NCBI GenBank assembly: GCA_012026655.1
Contig: JAAILG010000022.1
Coordinates: forward strand, 1 to 64,000
Direction of reading: 5' to 3'
DNA from: Hydrolagus affinis
Taxonomy: Eukaryota
Length of the DNA: 64,000 bases
The notes under the pieces are model-generated. The model was not told where the DNA came from. It saw only the letters and a list, made by a program, of their open reading frames with translations, and did no database searches. Below are positions 8,801 through 20,300 of this stretch, one piece after another. A program made the position numbers and the translations under genes. The first letter of the stretch is position 1. Each line of letters starts with the position of its first letter.

Positions 8801-10564
8801 GAAATTGTTTCAACACAAGCGTGTATATGTAATATATATAGATATAGTGAGATAAATATATTTCAGGACACAGTTTGTTAAAGAAATGCTTGTTTTACAT
8901 CTTAATTTACTTCCAGTATTTTACAATTTCCTTATTTTACAATTGCAAGTTTGTTTTATTACAAACATGTCTCGGAGATATTATGATATAATCATCAATA
9001 CTGCAAGCAATGGATTACCAACTCTGGTAATGAAGTGCCTCCTTTCCAACCAGAAGGTCACAGACAGGAGCTCAGTTAATGAAACTAGTCATAGTTTAAG
9101 TTGGGAGCTTGCTGGGCACAAACTTATGTTTTCATTCGTTAGAAGCAATCTTTGTCAGTTCTCATTTCAGGCCACAAGATGGCAGGATGAACCAGGCTAA
9201 ATCCTCAAGGAGAACATTATTCAAAACATAGTCCTGGTATACATTTTACTGATGCAGTGGTAACCATGTAACAAGATTCTCCATCAAGTTTGCTCATTTT
9301 TGCAATTTGCATAACTGCAATATTTAGTCATGAAAATAGGCAATGCATGTAACTGTATTGGAGCTCACAACAAACATTAGCTGAATATTTTTCTTTATCT
9401 TAGTAAACATAAAGACCATTCTGCTGCCTCAAGCTCATTCCTTCAAAGACCCTTTTACAATTCAAGCTATCATGGGCTCCATCATTGCAGATAAATAGCT
9501 AGAATTAAACCTATGAATTATGAGGAGAGGCTACAGAGATGGGAATGTTTACACTTTATAGAAGTACTTAAGATCCAAAAGAATTAAATGCACTGAATCC
9601 TGATGCTTAACATATCAATACATCTGTAGACTTCACTCATAAAAGGTGACAGATAGTTCTGATTTTATTTAACACATCATGTAGTAAGTATGTGTGGAAT
9701 CAATTTATTGTCTGTCCACCGACCCAAGGCCCCACCATTGGTGGGTGTGCTTTAAGCTACTCTGCCCCCAACCTTTGGAATTCCATCCCGCAATTCATCC
9801 GCCTCGCCTTTCCTAAACTCCTCCAAGTTCCGCCTCAAGATCCTCCTCTTTGACCATGCCATTTGCCGCCTCTTCCTTTCCCTCCACCCTCCCCAGCTCG
9901 GGTCCAAAACACTGACTGTCCAGCACCTTGAGATGTCCTCCTGACGTGAAAGGTGCTATACAAATGTAATTTTGTTGTTGTTGTTGTTGTCTGAATCACT
10001 AGGCTGTGCGGAGCACTCATTGCCTGGAGGTTCCTTTGTGTCATGAAGGCAAATTGCTGGTGAACGATGAATATATTGATTACCTTGTGCAAGTAGCAAA
10101 TCAGAAAATGGAGGAAAACCAAAGAAGGATAGAAAGGTAATACAGCAGTTGTTTGGAGGCTCAGTATCATTCATTCGGTTGATTTGAATTTTCAGAAGTA
10201 TTGAAAATTTGTTTATATATAAATCCTCTTTCTTCAAGTATGTAATTTTGTTAGCATAGATTCCACCGTATTAAAGCATGTCAAATTGCATATTATAGTA
10301 TTGTAATCAGAATCTGAAGGTTTTGTTTTGAATACAGAGAAAGATAGTCATTTTTTCATTTTTGGCTATAGGTTTCATGTCTGTCTACAATCTGCATTGA
10401 GTGCTGCCAATTATGCTAAACAGCCTGGCCTAGAAGAGAATAAAGTTGCATCTGTTGACACTTCTAGGAGGAGAAAGAAAAATGAAGAATTGGAAAAAGA
10501 TGAAAAGGTGGACAATGATGCAGATGATGCAATTGACCTGGGTTTTTTGATGAGTTGCTCATAA
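5721..10564 (+). CDS. TYW3: tRNA wybutosine-synthesizing protein 3 (yW-86 N4-methyltransferase), join(5721..5885,7223..7303,7912..8010,8290..8361,10003..10136,10372..10564), 247 aa
   Basis: Motifs [41 protein letters not shown] and [12 protein letters not shown]. All introns are GT-AG. The 744-nt frame ends in TAA. Confidence 0.97.
5978..6036 (-). mobile_element. L2 LINE 3' tail
   Basis: Reverse complement of ttgggacgtcctcccgacgtgaaaggcgcta...(GTT)n. Confidence 0.8.
6085..6132. repeat. Tandem repeat (CTAACTAACCTGCCC) x3
   Basis: Three direct copies visible in the sequence. Confidence 0.85.
6140..6269 (+). mobile_element. L2 LINE fragment
   Basis: gccttcagccactctgccccaacctttgg, homologous to the L2 copy at 9715-9990. 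Confidence 0.7.
6270..6369. other. Assembly gap (100 N)
   Basis: Run of N. Confidence 1.
6370..6784 (-). mobile_element. L2 LINE ORF2 C-terminal fragment (frameshifted)
   Basis: [30 protein letters not shown]...ITP is the typical post-RT region of the L2 clade. Confidence 0.88.
7223..7303 (+). CDS. TYW3: TYW3 exon 2
   Basis: [27 protein letters not shown]; tttag acceptor, GTATGT donor. Confidence 0.95.
7912..8010 (+). CDS. TYW3: TYW3 exon 3
   Basis: [33 protein letters not shown]; GTAAGA donor. Confidence 0.95.
8290..8361 (+). CDS. TYW3: TYW3 exon 4
   Basis: [24 protein letters not shown]; CAG acceptor, GTAAAG donor. Confidence 0.95.
9495..9712 (+). mobile_element. Decayed CR1 fragment
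   Basis: atgaattatgaggagaggcta (NYEERL) and gtgtggaatcaattta resemble the CR1 ORF2 end. Confidence 0.6.
9715..9990 (+). mobile_element. L2 LINE 3' end with (GTT)n tail
   Basis: ctttggaattccatccc...ctcaagatcctcctctttgacc...gtcctcctgacgtgaaaggtgctatacaaatgtaattttgttgttgtt. Confidence 0.88.
10003..10136 (+). CDS. TYW3: TYW3 exon 5
   Basis: [44 protein letters not shown]; GTAATA donor (phase 2). Confidence 0.95.
10372..10564 (+). CDS. TYW3: TYW3 exon 6 (terminal)
   Basis: (R)[10 protein letters not shown]...acidic tail...MSCS*; acceptor tttggctatag; phase matches exon 5. Confidence 0.9.
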
Positions 10565-10737
10565 TCTTAAACCAGGGAATCCCTGCCTATGATTTGAAAA
10601 CCACAGGAGCAGATGGCAATATAGTTAACAGTTTTGTATTCATGTTATTCTATTTTATTAGTGGTCAAACACTATTGTGTAAATATGAATTTATTTTAAG
10701 CACAGAATTTACAATGAAACTAAACATTACATATGAG

Positions 10738-10743
10738 AATAAA
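10738..10743 (+). promoter_or_regulatory. Probable TYW3 polyadenylation signal
   Basis: First AATAAA after the stop codon, followed by T/GT-rich downstream sequence. Confidence 0.55.
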
Positions 10744-11121
10744 ACACTTAAAATGCCATTTTGAATATTTGTAATTTGATTTTCAAAATTTATTTTGCTA
10801 TCAAATAATACAGGGTGTGAAAGGCGCTCTATAAGTGTAATTTTGTTTTTGTTGTACAGGTTGTAGCAACTGGCATACCAGCAAGTATTTCCAATCCTGA
10901 TTATCAAACTTCAGAACTTTCAGACACTACTGTCAATGAAGGGAGTAACAGTCTAGTGTGGAGTAAATGATACTTTCTAACCTGATGAATTCTGTTTTAA
11001 ATTATGAACCACATTTGTTTTTGTTTACAGTTCTGTAATGTTTTCTTAGTTTTGCATCAAGTTTGCCAGAGATGGTATATTAAAATTCAACAGGACAACC
11101 TTTCTTCCTGTTTGAATTAAG

Positions 11122-11470
11122 CCATAGAAGTTTACAGCCCAGCCATGGACATTCATTGTGTCTATGCTGACTCCCTCGAGGAATCCTTTCAGTCCTGTTT
11201 ACCTGACCGTTTCCCGATACCCTTGTAGCTGATTCTTAAGGTATTTATCAAACTCCCTCTTGAAGGCCAATATGGATTTTGTCTCGACTACTGCTCCATA
11301 AAGGGCGTTGCATATACTAACTGGAAAAACTTTCTCCACCTTGACCATTATCTTAAGTTCATGCCCTTTGTCTACCGACACACTGACCAGTGGAAATAAA
11401 TTCTTCCTATTGTCTCCCTAATCCCTTCATAATTCTATCAGGTCACCACCAACCTCTTTTTTTCTAGAAT
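11122..11470 (-). mobile_element. CR1 LINE 3' fragment
   Basis: ORF 11199..11381 (GHELKI...VVETKSILAFKREFDKYLK) matches the CR1 ORF2 C-terminus. Confidence 0.8.
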
Positions 11471-11722
11471 TATGAGGGCAATCGGGCAATTACATTGGAA
11501 CTATTATTCTATGGAAACTCCATGCTGTAGAATAAACACATTCCAAGCATCACTGTGTTTTATTCTTACAATTTATAACAGGTTATAACATTTATTTTGC
11601 AGCAGATGGTTTCTATGTAACATCAAAGAACAATACAGTACCTGAAAAGAGCTGCATTTTAATAGGTTCTACATTAAGCCAGTAGGTGGTGTTCTACATC
11701 AGTCCAACTATTTAAGAACAAT

Positions 11723-11880
11723 AGTAATCCCTGCATTTGATATAGCACTTTTCATATCTTCTAGATGTCTCAAAGCGCTTCACAGAATATACTGTAAAGT
11801 GAATTGACTGTTGGTGAAACACGGCAGCCAATTGTGCACAGCAGTATCCTACAAACATTTGTGGATTGAAGGGACCAATG
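11723..11880 (-). mobile_element. Deu-type SINE 3' half
   Basis: Same family sequence as 2254 and 52596. Confidence 0.85.
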
Positions 11881-14800
11881 TATATAATTGTTTATTTCTT
11901 GCGGGATTATTATTAATCATTAACGTTTACAGACTCAGTAGTGCATTTAAAGCGTGTTTCAATACATTTTATAGCATGCTTCATGGGCGGTATTCAACTG
12001 ATTTCCATATGCAGAAAGAGTTGGGAACTTGGATCACCATCATAATAGAATGCTGCAAGGTGGTTACAAATATTTTAAAAATCTAAAATGGTAAAAATGT
12101 TGTTTTAGCAAGTTATTCTATTGCCTAGGATATGGTATGAATTAGTAACCATACACCTTACGTTTGAGCTAGCTCCCTGCCTGCAGATTCTTAGATTAGC
12201 TGGAGATCGCTTTATGGAAAGAGGTCAACTGTTGCCTCATATTTTCAAACCAGATTTCTAGATGTGAAGGTGATAATCATTCTCATCCTGCATTAGATGC
12301 CACAAGCGCTCCGCAGCACTATATAAATGCAAGTTCTATTTTTTTTAATTTGTAAAGCAAACAGGATGGCCTCTTCCCCATTTGGAAATAGGATTTTTTT
12401 TAAAAATCTCTAATGAAGGGGAATGGAAGGCAATGTGGCTTTGAATGCTGTCTTCATCTTTAGGGCCTGACTTGAAGCCCAGACAGAGAGGATGAAAGAT
12501 TATACTCTGTCGGCTTTAAATTAGCTAAATAAAATTAGTTTTGCATTGGCTCAGATTCACAACATGAAAGTGAGAATATTTTGGCATTACATTGACCTAT
12601 TCACTGAGACCATAACATAGTGGCTGTGAAAAAGCTTTTTGCCTTCGTGTATTTAGGGTGTGGTCTTCAGAGGCAGGAGTTCAGACATAGGCTGGACTGA
12701 ATTTTTTCAGCAGCTTGCTCTAGGTGTACTCTATGGTGAAACTGGATACCAAAATTGAACTTGTAACAATATGGCAATGTTATCCATGCAAAGAGTTGCT
12801 AATGACAGGAAGCATTTGGTGTAAAGGGGTACCTAATATTTTTTCCAGGACTTACTTGAAAACCGTGCATCTGTTTTCTATTTTTGTAATGTCTTCTGTA
12901 TATAATCTATAAACTTTAAACACCCCAAGCTTTTTTTTTATCTGTTATTATTTCAACTTTGGTGTGTTGATCTATGGCCAACCCAAGGTTCAGTGATTGA
13001 GTAAATCGAATTCCATTTTTACTTAATGCAATTTGGGAATTTCAGGAATCAGAGTCTGGAAGTGAAACATCAAATAAGAAGCTGTATTTAAGAATTCCTC
13101 ATCACATTGAGTATCACTGAAAGATAATGATTAAAAAAAACACCCAATATTGAAATTTTGCTACTAATCACATGCTTAGTTGTGTCTCAGGTCTTTGTTT
13201 CATCAGTCTGATCGGTCTGCTCGACAACGTTTTAGTACAGGGACTATTTACAGGAGTCTTAGTAAATCAAAGTGCCGAAATCCTATCATAAAGGTGGTCT
13301 TGGCAGCTGGGCTTCAGTCTGATTTGTTTTTAAATAGTGGTGCTGAAACCTACCACTGTTCAGTTTCATATTAATTCAATATTATTTAACCTCTTCTGCA
13401 AAGAAGGTAAAATGTGGTATTCTGGAGTATGTTTTCGAATATATGTTGCTTGTGAACTTTATAAAAACAAATTGCAAAAGGAAAACCTAGCAATTTGGAT
13501 GCAAGCAATTACATCATTTCTCTTCCTTATTCAGATCAAGGTAGGAATTATTCCATTTACATCCGCTTCTTTAATAGCTTCCACCTGCTGAATGGAATAA
13601 GAATAATGAATTTAATGATATGTCAGTTTTTTGGTAACCTTAGTCTGTAACATCACTTGCACCCATCTGGACCCCAACATAACATGGCTTTAATCCAACT
13701 AAAATAAATTGGAACTAATATTGGGATTAGATTTAACAGACCACAGTATATCTTTAACTGCTTTAACTTTAAATAATTTAATATATAAAACATTAATAGC
13801 TGAAGGAAGTATCTTTTACAATATGATACTTCTGAGAAATAAAATCATTCAGTATTTAAATCCTTCAAGAAAACAAGATTAAAGTTGATCTGAGAATAGA
13901 AAATAGCCTTATTTTAAAGAGGGAACAGTGAAGCAAAAATTTGATTCTGTCATTAATGAAATTGCAGAATCAAAAAACTGTTTTTCAGCACGACTGTAAG
14001 TGATATGTAGCTGATAGAATAAACGCAGCATTAAATTTACTGCAGCTTTGTGAGATCTTGGTATATTCTTCAAACGCAATAGTTTGAGAACTTATGCTTG
14101 AAATTAAAACAGAATGACATATTTTTGAATTCATCATCCAGTCAGTCTTACCACACATCTTGAATACTGTAACCTCATCTTTTAACAACTAATCATGGGA
14201 ATTACAAAATATAATTGAGTAAATTGGTTGCTTGAACTTCAATGTAGCTAGAAAGCAAGAGAACTAACTGAGGAGACTTAACTACTGATCAGAAATTGTC
14301 GTGATATAAAGGTGATTGTGGGGAATTTAAATTTTCATTGATTCAGTCCTATACTATACTATAATATAGAATACAATAAAGAATCATCTCAAATTATTCC
14401 ATTTGCAGTATTCACCATAGCACCTAGGGAGCAAACTGCTTTATGCAAAGATTTATGGAACTGCAATTGACTGATCTTTGTCAATAAACCCACCAACAGT
14501 TTTACATTCAGTCTTCTGTGAATGTGCCTTTTCAGCTGTGCAATGCGAGTTCCTCTTCAACAATCTTTAACATGGCCTCAGAAAGCTCAATTAATCCATT
14601 TTCCTCACTCATTATTTTAATTACTAATGTTGAAGTTTAAATATTGTAGTAAGCAATAAATTTCAGATAGATTGATTGTCTTACCTTCCATCCACCAATC
14701 CACTTCAATGCCTGCTGACATTGTTGAATAAACTATAAATTTAAACAATTAAAGGGATAAGGATTGTTACTAGGTCATTGAAGTATGCTCAAGACACTCG

Positions 14801-15035
14801 CTTTAAACGAGGATGGGTTAGAATCATTATTCAAGCATTAAATAACATTTTAACAGGGTATTCAATATAGACATTTTCTTTAACAGAACCAGAAGGGTAT
14901 ATTTACACAAGAAAACTTGAGTAGCTTCTCCGAGTCATGAATTTATACAACAAATAGAATGCGGTGAATCTATTACTAAATTGTCAATTCATTGAAAATA
15001 TGGCTAGTTACGTTTAATGGGTTGAAGATATTCTT

Positions 15036-15258
15036 ATTAAAACAAATTACACAGGCAAATTGATGGACACACCGTAACAAAATAGCACCGTAAATAATTG
15101 GTCCAAGCCCCCAACCCAAGTAAAATCAAAATTATTTACACCATCCATTCTTCAACTGTTAACAGTTTGTGCATCAACCTCAGAATATTATAATATTTTG
15201 TCCGGGTACTATTTTGTTACGGTATGTCCATCAATTTGCCTGTGTCATTTGTTTTAAT
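15036..15258. mobile_element. MITE-like element with 54-bp terminal inverted repeats
   Basis: 15036-15089 vs 15205-15258, 3 mismatches in 54 bp. Confidence 0.75.
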
Positions 15259-17329
15259 TGGTCGAATGGGGGGAAGGAGAGGAGTGAGTGCAATATTGTT
15301 CGATGATAGAAGAGAAGATGAGTAGTGGGATTAGCATATTTTAAATGGACTGTTATGAGGATCCTAAGTAAACTAACTTGAAAGAAGTCTCACCTCTGAA
15401 CCTAGTGGGTAGAGGCATAAACGATAAATCTGACCATAATTCAACAATAATTGGCTGTTTCATCAAAGAGGTCACAAGAATGACTGATGTGGGAAATAGA
15501 AATGTTATGCTGGGGAAGTGGGAGGTGGTGTTCTCATATTGGGTACATGTTGAGACAATGAGTAGAGATTTTTCCACTCTATAACATGCAATGCTTGACC
15601 TAGGTGTGTTTGATACTGACGATTTAATGTAAAAGGTAGAAAAAAAAATCTACATCTCATTTTTGATGTCTTTAATGCTAGCAAACAAAGCTGAGCACAA
15701 CATTATCAATTTGCACATATTTTAGAGCTGTAATACATTGTCTTCATTACAGTTTGTCATAGCACTTAAGTCATTGGAGATGAAGATTTTTTCCCTTCTT
15801 GGTATGCTTATAAAATGGGTGTTTACACATGATCTATAATCACTGTTATTCACATGAATCAGATGGGCTTGATATGTTATACCTGTTTTACAGTTTTATG
15901 CTTGTGATGCAATTTCATTTAAGAATCAAATTAAATACACAAAGATGTTAGTTGATAGAGGGAATGGTAGAGACATAAAACAGTGCAAACAAAATAATGT
16001 TGCTTATGAAGTCAACTTACCAATTTGAAGTTCCTGATCTGAAGTTTGCTACTACAGAGAGGTCCTGATCTTTCCAATATGAAGTCAGATATTCCCATAT
16101 GAAGAAGGTGGAAAAAATCAAAGACCAGTAACATCAAGTAACTCAGGCAACCCTCTTGCTATTGCCTATAGAGAGCAGCATTGGTGAAAGCTTGTGAGCA
16201 GGCCCCCAACCAAACTCGAACCGTAGCAAGGCCCTACACCTTCTGGAGCAGTAAGAAAAGAAGCCAGTAAATACTATTTACTTTTCCAGTTAAGGTTACT
16301 AACAGTTTCAAATAATAAATGGATATTAAATCTGAGAAAATATTTGCATTGGTTGTGTAATTCAAGAGATCCTGTGGACTGTTTTTCACAGCATTCCTTG
16401 TGTTTAAAGAAAGAATAAATGAATTTGCACACATTTTTAAAGCTTCGCTCTTTACGATAAAATCCATGTTGGATTTATTTCAAAGTCTCAGTATTCATCT
16501 GCAGTTAAACACTGAAATAATTAAGAGAAAGTGCATTGCAAATAAATCTACTAATATCTTAAAATAAGTATAATTAGTCTTAAAATTGTTATCAAAATTA
16601 TAATTTTTTAAAAATTAATACTTATTTAAAAGAGTGGAATAAAACAGGCCTTTGTAATCAGCTGTAAATGGTGGAATTACAAAGTAAGCAGCACTTGTCT
16701 GATTGTGAAGTAGAGCCCATTATTCCGTTGATTGAATCTTTTTCAGCTAGCTCTGATTTGATGTTGAGGGGTGCACATATTCACTACTCTACCACAGGCA
16801 ATCAAAGCCTTTCCTGTGTTTTTTTGCAATTGATTCAGAATGTAGGGTTGATTCACAGCTGGCAACTTTTACCTCCTACCTTTTGTGAAGTGCATGAGGC
16901 ATGGATGTACTTCTACTCTCACTCAGTCTTTGCTTTCTGCAGTAAAGTGCTTCTTTTCAGAGAGGGAAAAGGAAATAAATGAAATGCAACCATTTTTGTA
17001 TTTTACTCAGTTGGTCAAATCGTGGAAAGTGATCAAAATTGTAGGTCATTCATGTTCAGCTCCAGTTTTCTCTCTTTCAAAACCAAAGGAGTATAAGTCC
17101 CCTATTATCGTAAGTCCTCACCTTTCTTTGAAAGATGGAAATACAAGTACTTCTGTTTTGTTTATCACTGCACCTGTAAAACCTTAACTAATTTGTATAT
17201 TAAGTAATGAATTGATTTGAAAAATGTTTTTACTCCAAGTTTAAGACAAACACATGTTTACATTATTGGTTCCAAGTTATGTTTTAACGTATTGAAAATG
17301 TATGCCTTTTTATACTGGGCAGCTGGGAT

Positions 17330-17394
17330 TGAATGAATGCTAATAGTGCAATACAAAACAAGTTGTTTTATATTGCACTATTAGCATTCATTCA
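17330..17394. repeat. 65-bp near-perfect palindrome
   Basis: 31 of 32 base pairs are complementary around the central G at 17362. Confidence 0.9.
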
Positions 17395-20300
17395 TGAGTT
17401 CAATTCTGAGACCCATCCCTCAGGACGTGGTTTAATGACTCGACAGTGAGGCACATATCAAATTGATACTGCAGCCAGTTTTAAAATAAAATCAACTTAA
17501 TTAAAAGAATTAATTAAAAGTTCTTGGGTGGTCTGTTTAACTGCCCTAAACTAACCAGCATCAGTAAGCGGAGATATATCTGCTTGGTTGCGCTTACGTG
17601 GAGTTCTTATTCCACCTACAGAAGAGGGATTTTGAACAGGATACAAATTTGTTTCTCACCCCAAAACATTCTGCTGCTGAAAACAAAGAATTACCCTAGC
17701 AGCAGAAATGAGGCATAAAAAATCATTCTTAGCCTAGCCTGCTACTCATATTTTCTACTGTGTATTTAAACCAATCTTCAGGTTTGTGGGAGGGTAAAGG
17801 TATATATAATGTAAAATAAGGGTGGAAATTGCCAGGATTTAGTTCACATTTGTTGCCAACGGGATTGTGTGCAAACTAGTTCCCTTGAGCAATTAGCAAG
17901 GCAATGATGAGTGAATGTGAATTCATGTAAGGAAAGTAGAGAGGATTGTAATTTATGAAAATAGAGATACTCAAAGAATGACATGTCACTGCAACAGACC
18001 TTTGTTCAGACTGAACGGATTCTGGGAAGCATTTTACCATATAATTACCAATATAAACTGCTACGAATCAGATTGCAAACCTGTGCACAATCTTTCAGAG
18101 ACCTGCAGGTATATTTTTTTCAGTTTATGAATGTTGACTTTATTGTTTTTGCTTCAAGTAACTCTTTCAAGTTATTCCTAAATAGAGATATAGGCAAAAT
18201 ATTTTTCAATCTCTTCAAATGGTGAGTGGGGCCTGAATAACTATGCAGCTCAAGTATAATTTGTACCAACTAGTTATGGGTGCCACCAGTTATTGGACTT
18301 GTTGGTCATACTGCCTACTCAATCAAATATAAATGCCTGTATGACAATCACAAAATGTATCGCATTCATGCTATATATATTTAATTTGTGATATTTAGTA
18401 AAAGTTTAGTTATTATAGTAAATATGAGAGTGGATTTCTTTTGGATATTAGAATGGATTTTTAAAAAATTAATCTTTGTACTGTAGAAAGAAAATGTATT
18501 ACTGAAATTTAATATAGCAACGGAAATATCTAGGCAGGGGAATTCATAGTGGTTTAAAATATTTTTGGCGGCATTTTGAAAGAAAATAGGTTTTACTCAA
18601 GGGTATATGACTAGCAAACAGCAATGCAATGCCTTGATGTATGATCTTAAGATTGATAACATTTACTGGGCCACACCCAACCCCTCAAGCTGTTCCCTGA
18701 TGGTACAGATGGTATGTATGTGTTGGGGGTGGGGGGGGAGCGGGAGTGGAGAGGAGGTGGCAGGAAGAAACAATAATTCAAAGCCAAAGGCAACCATGTC
18801 AATGGAAATGACCTCTCTGTGGTCACATTCAGTTATTTTAAATGTAAATTTCCACACCGATGGCTATAGTCAAAAGGGAAGCCATTTTTTGAAAAACAGT
18901 TCATGTCATGGCGCAAATCATATAAAAATGTATAATGTAGCCATTTTCGTATTATGTTACTCTGACGAGTGTGAATCATGTGCTTCTGCTTCCTTGCCGT
19001 GGAAAAAATGATTCTATCGTATTGTGTTTGAGATTGTCATGCACACCTTTTGCTTACCTGAAACTTGTTTTTGTGCAGGCACCAAACAAAACATTTCTGG
19101 GATGTTTCATTTTTGATTAGTTTTACCAATTCTTCATCTTATAAACAACCTTGCACATTGACTGAATGCTTGATAACTAAATTCGTCAACATTATTTATT
19201 GTTGCTACTTGGTAAGTTAATAGCACATAAATAATGAATAAGAATGTGTCCATGTCTGAATTTTCCTCAACTGTTTCACTAATGATATTATAACAGAGCA
19301 AACTACAGTGATTTTAAAATTAAAATATTTAAACTTAATTTAGATTTTTCCTAAATCCAGATTCAGCTTTTGACTGATAAGCAGATGGTTGGAGTGGCTT
19401 CACAGTGAAACTTCAGTAACAAAGAGCTTTATGTTTTATGCTGTTGCTTTTTAGGACAATATTGTATTACATATAAAGGCACAGGAGTCTTAATGTATGG
19501 AGATTTCTAATGGGATGCTTCAATAAGGAAACCAGATGTGTGCCATACGAATGAGCAGAAACTCTGCTCCAACACAATCTCTTTGAGGAGCACGGTTCCT
19601 GTAGGTCAGTCTGATGTCTACGACATATTTCTAGTTTCTCAAGAAGACTTAGAATTTTTATAATGGAATGATGTTCAAAATTGGTGTACATTAGACCCCA
19701 CAGTGCAATATTTTATTGAGATGATTGTAAAACAACTAACACTTTTATGTCAACGTTATTATACTCGCTTGAAGGAGAGTGTGAGGAATATTTTACATGC
19801 AAGTCAATTGACCAAAATCCATTGAAGTAATGTATTATTGTAACGATTTTAAAAGCTAGTGTTTGCGCAGTTTTTTTTTAAATTGTTGAAGATTTGTGGT
19901 CGATGATGGGAACTACATATACAGTACTATGCTACACACTGTTAGCTAGGAACAGCTGTTTTGAAGTTTTGAAACCAGAGCCTCATACTGTATATTATAA
20001 ATCACAATGCTTTGCATTCTAGTTGCAGAATATAACTGCAAGTGTAGATGTTTGAATGAATCACAGAACCTGTTATTATGTAAAATGCTTATTTGTCAGA
20101 AATTATTTCTAATATAATGCCTTAAGTTTTTCAAGGGTGGTAGCAAAAGCAGTTAAAGTGAGCTTTATAAAGATGTACATTGCCAGTTCTAACATAAATG
20201 CCGTGACAGTCATTAATGTACAGGACAATGGGTGGTGCCGCATTAAGGATCTCGCCCAGTATTTCAGCATTGCTTTGAAATTATCATCCAGCAGTTTATA

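Noticed and set aside
13191-13407. Exon-like segment with AG/GT boundaries (similar ones at ~29355, ~29781, ~48580)
   Set aside because: No recognisable protein similarity and no consistent chain of exons; splice-like sites are expected by chance in 50 kb
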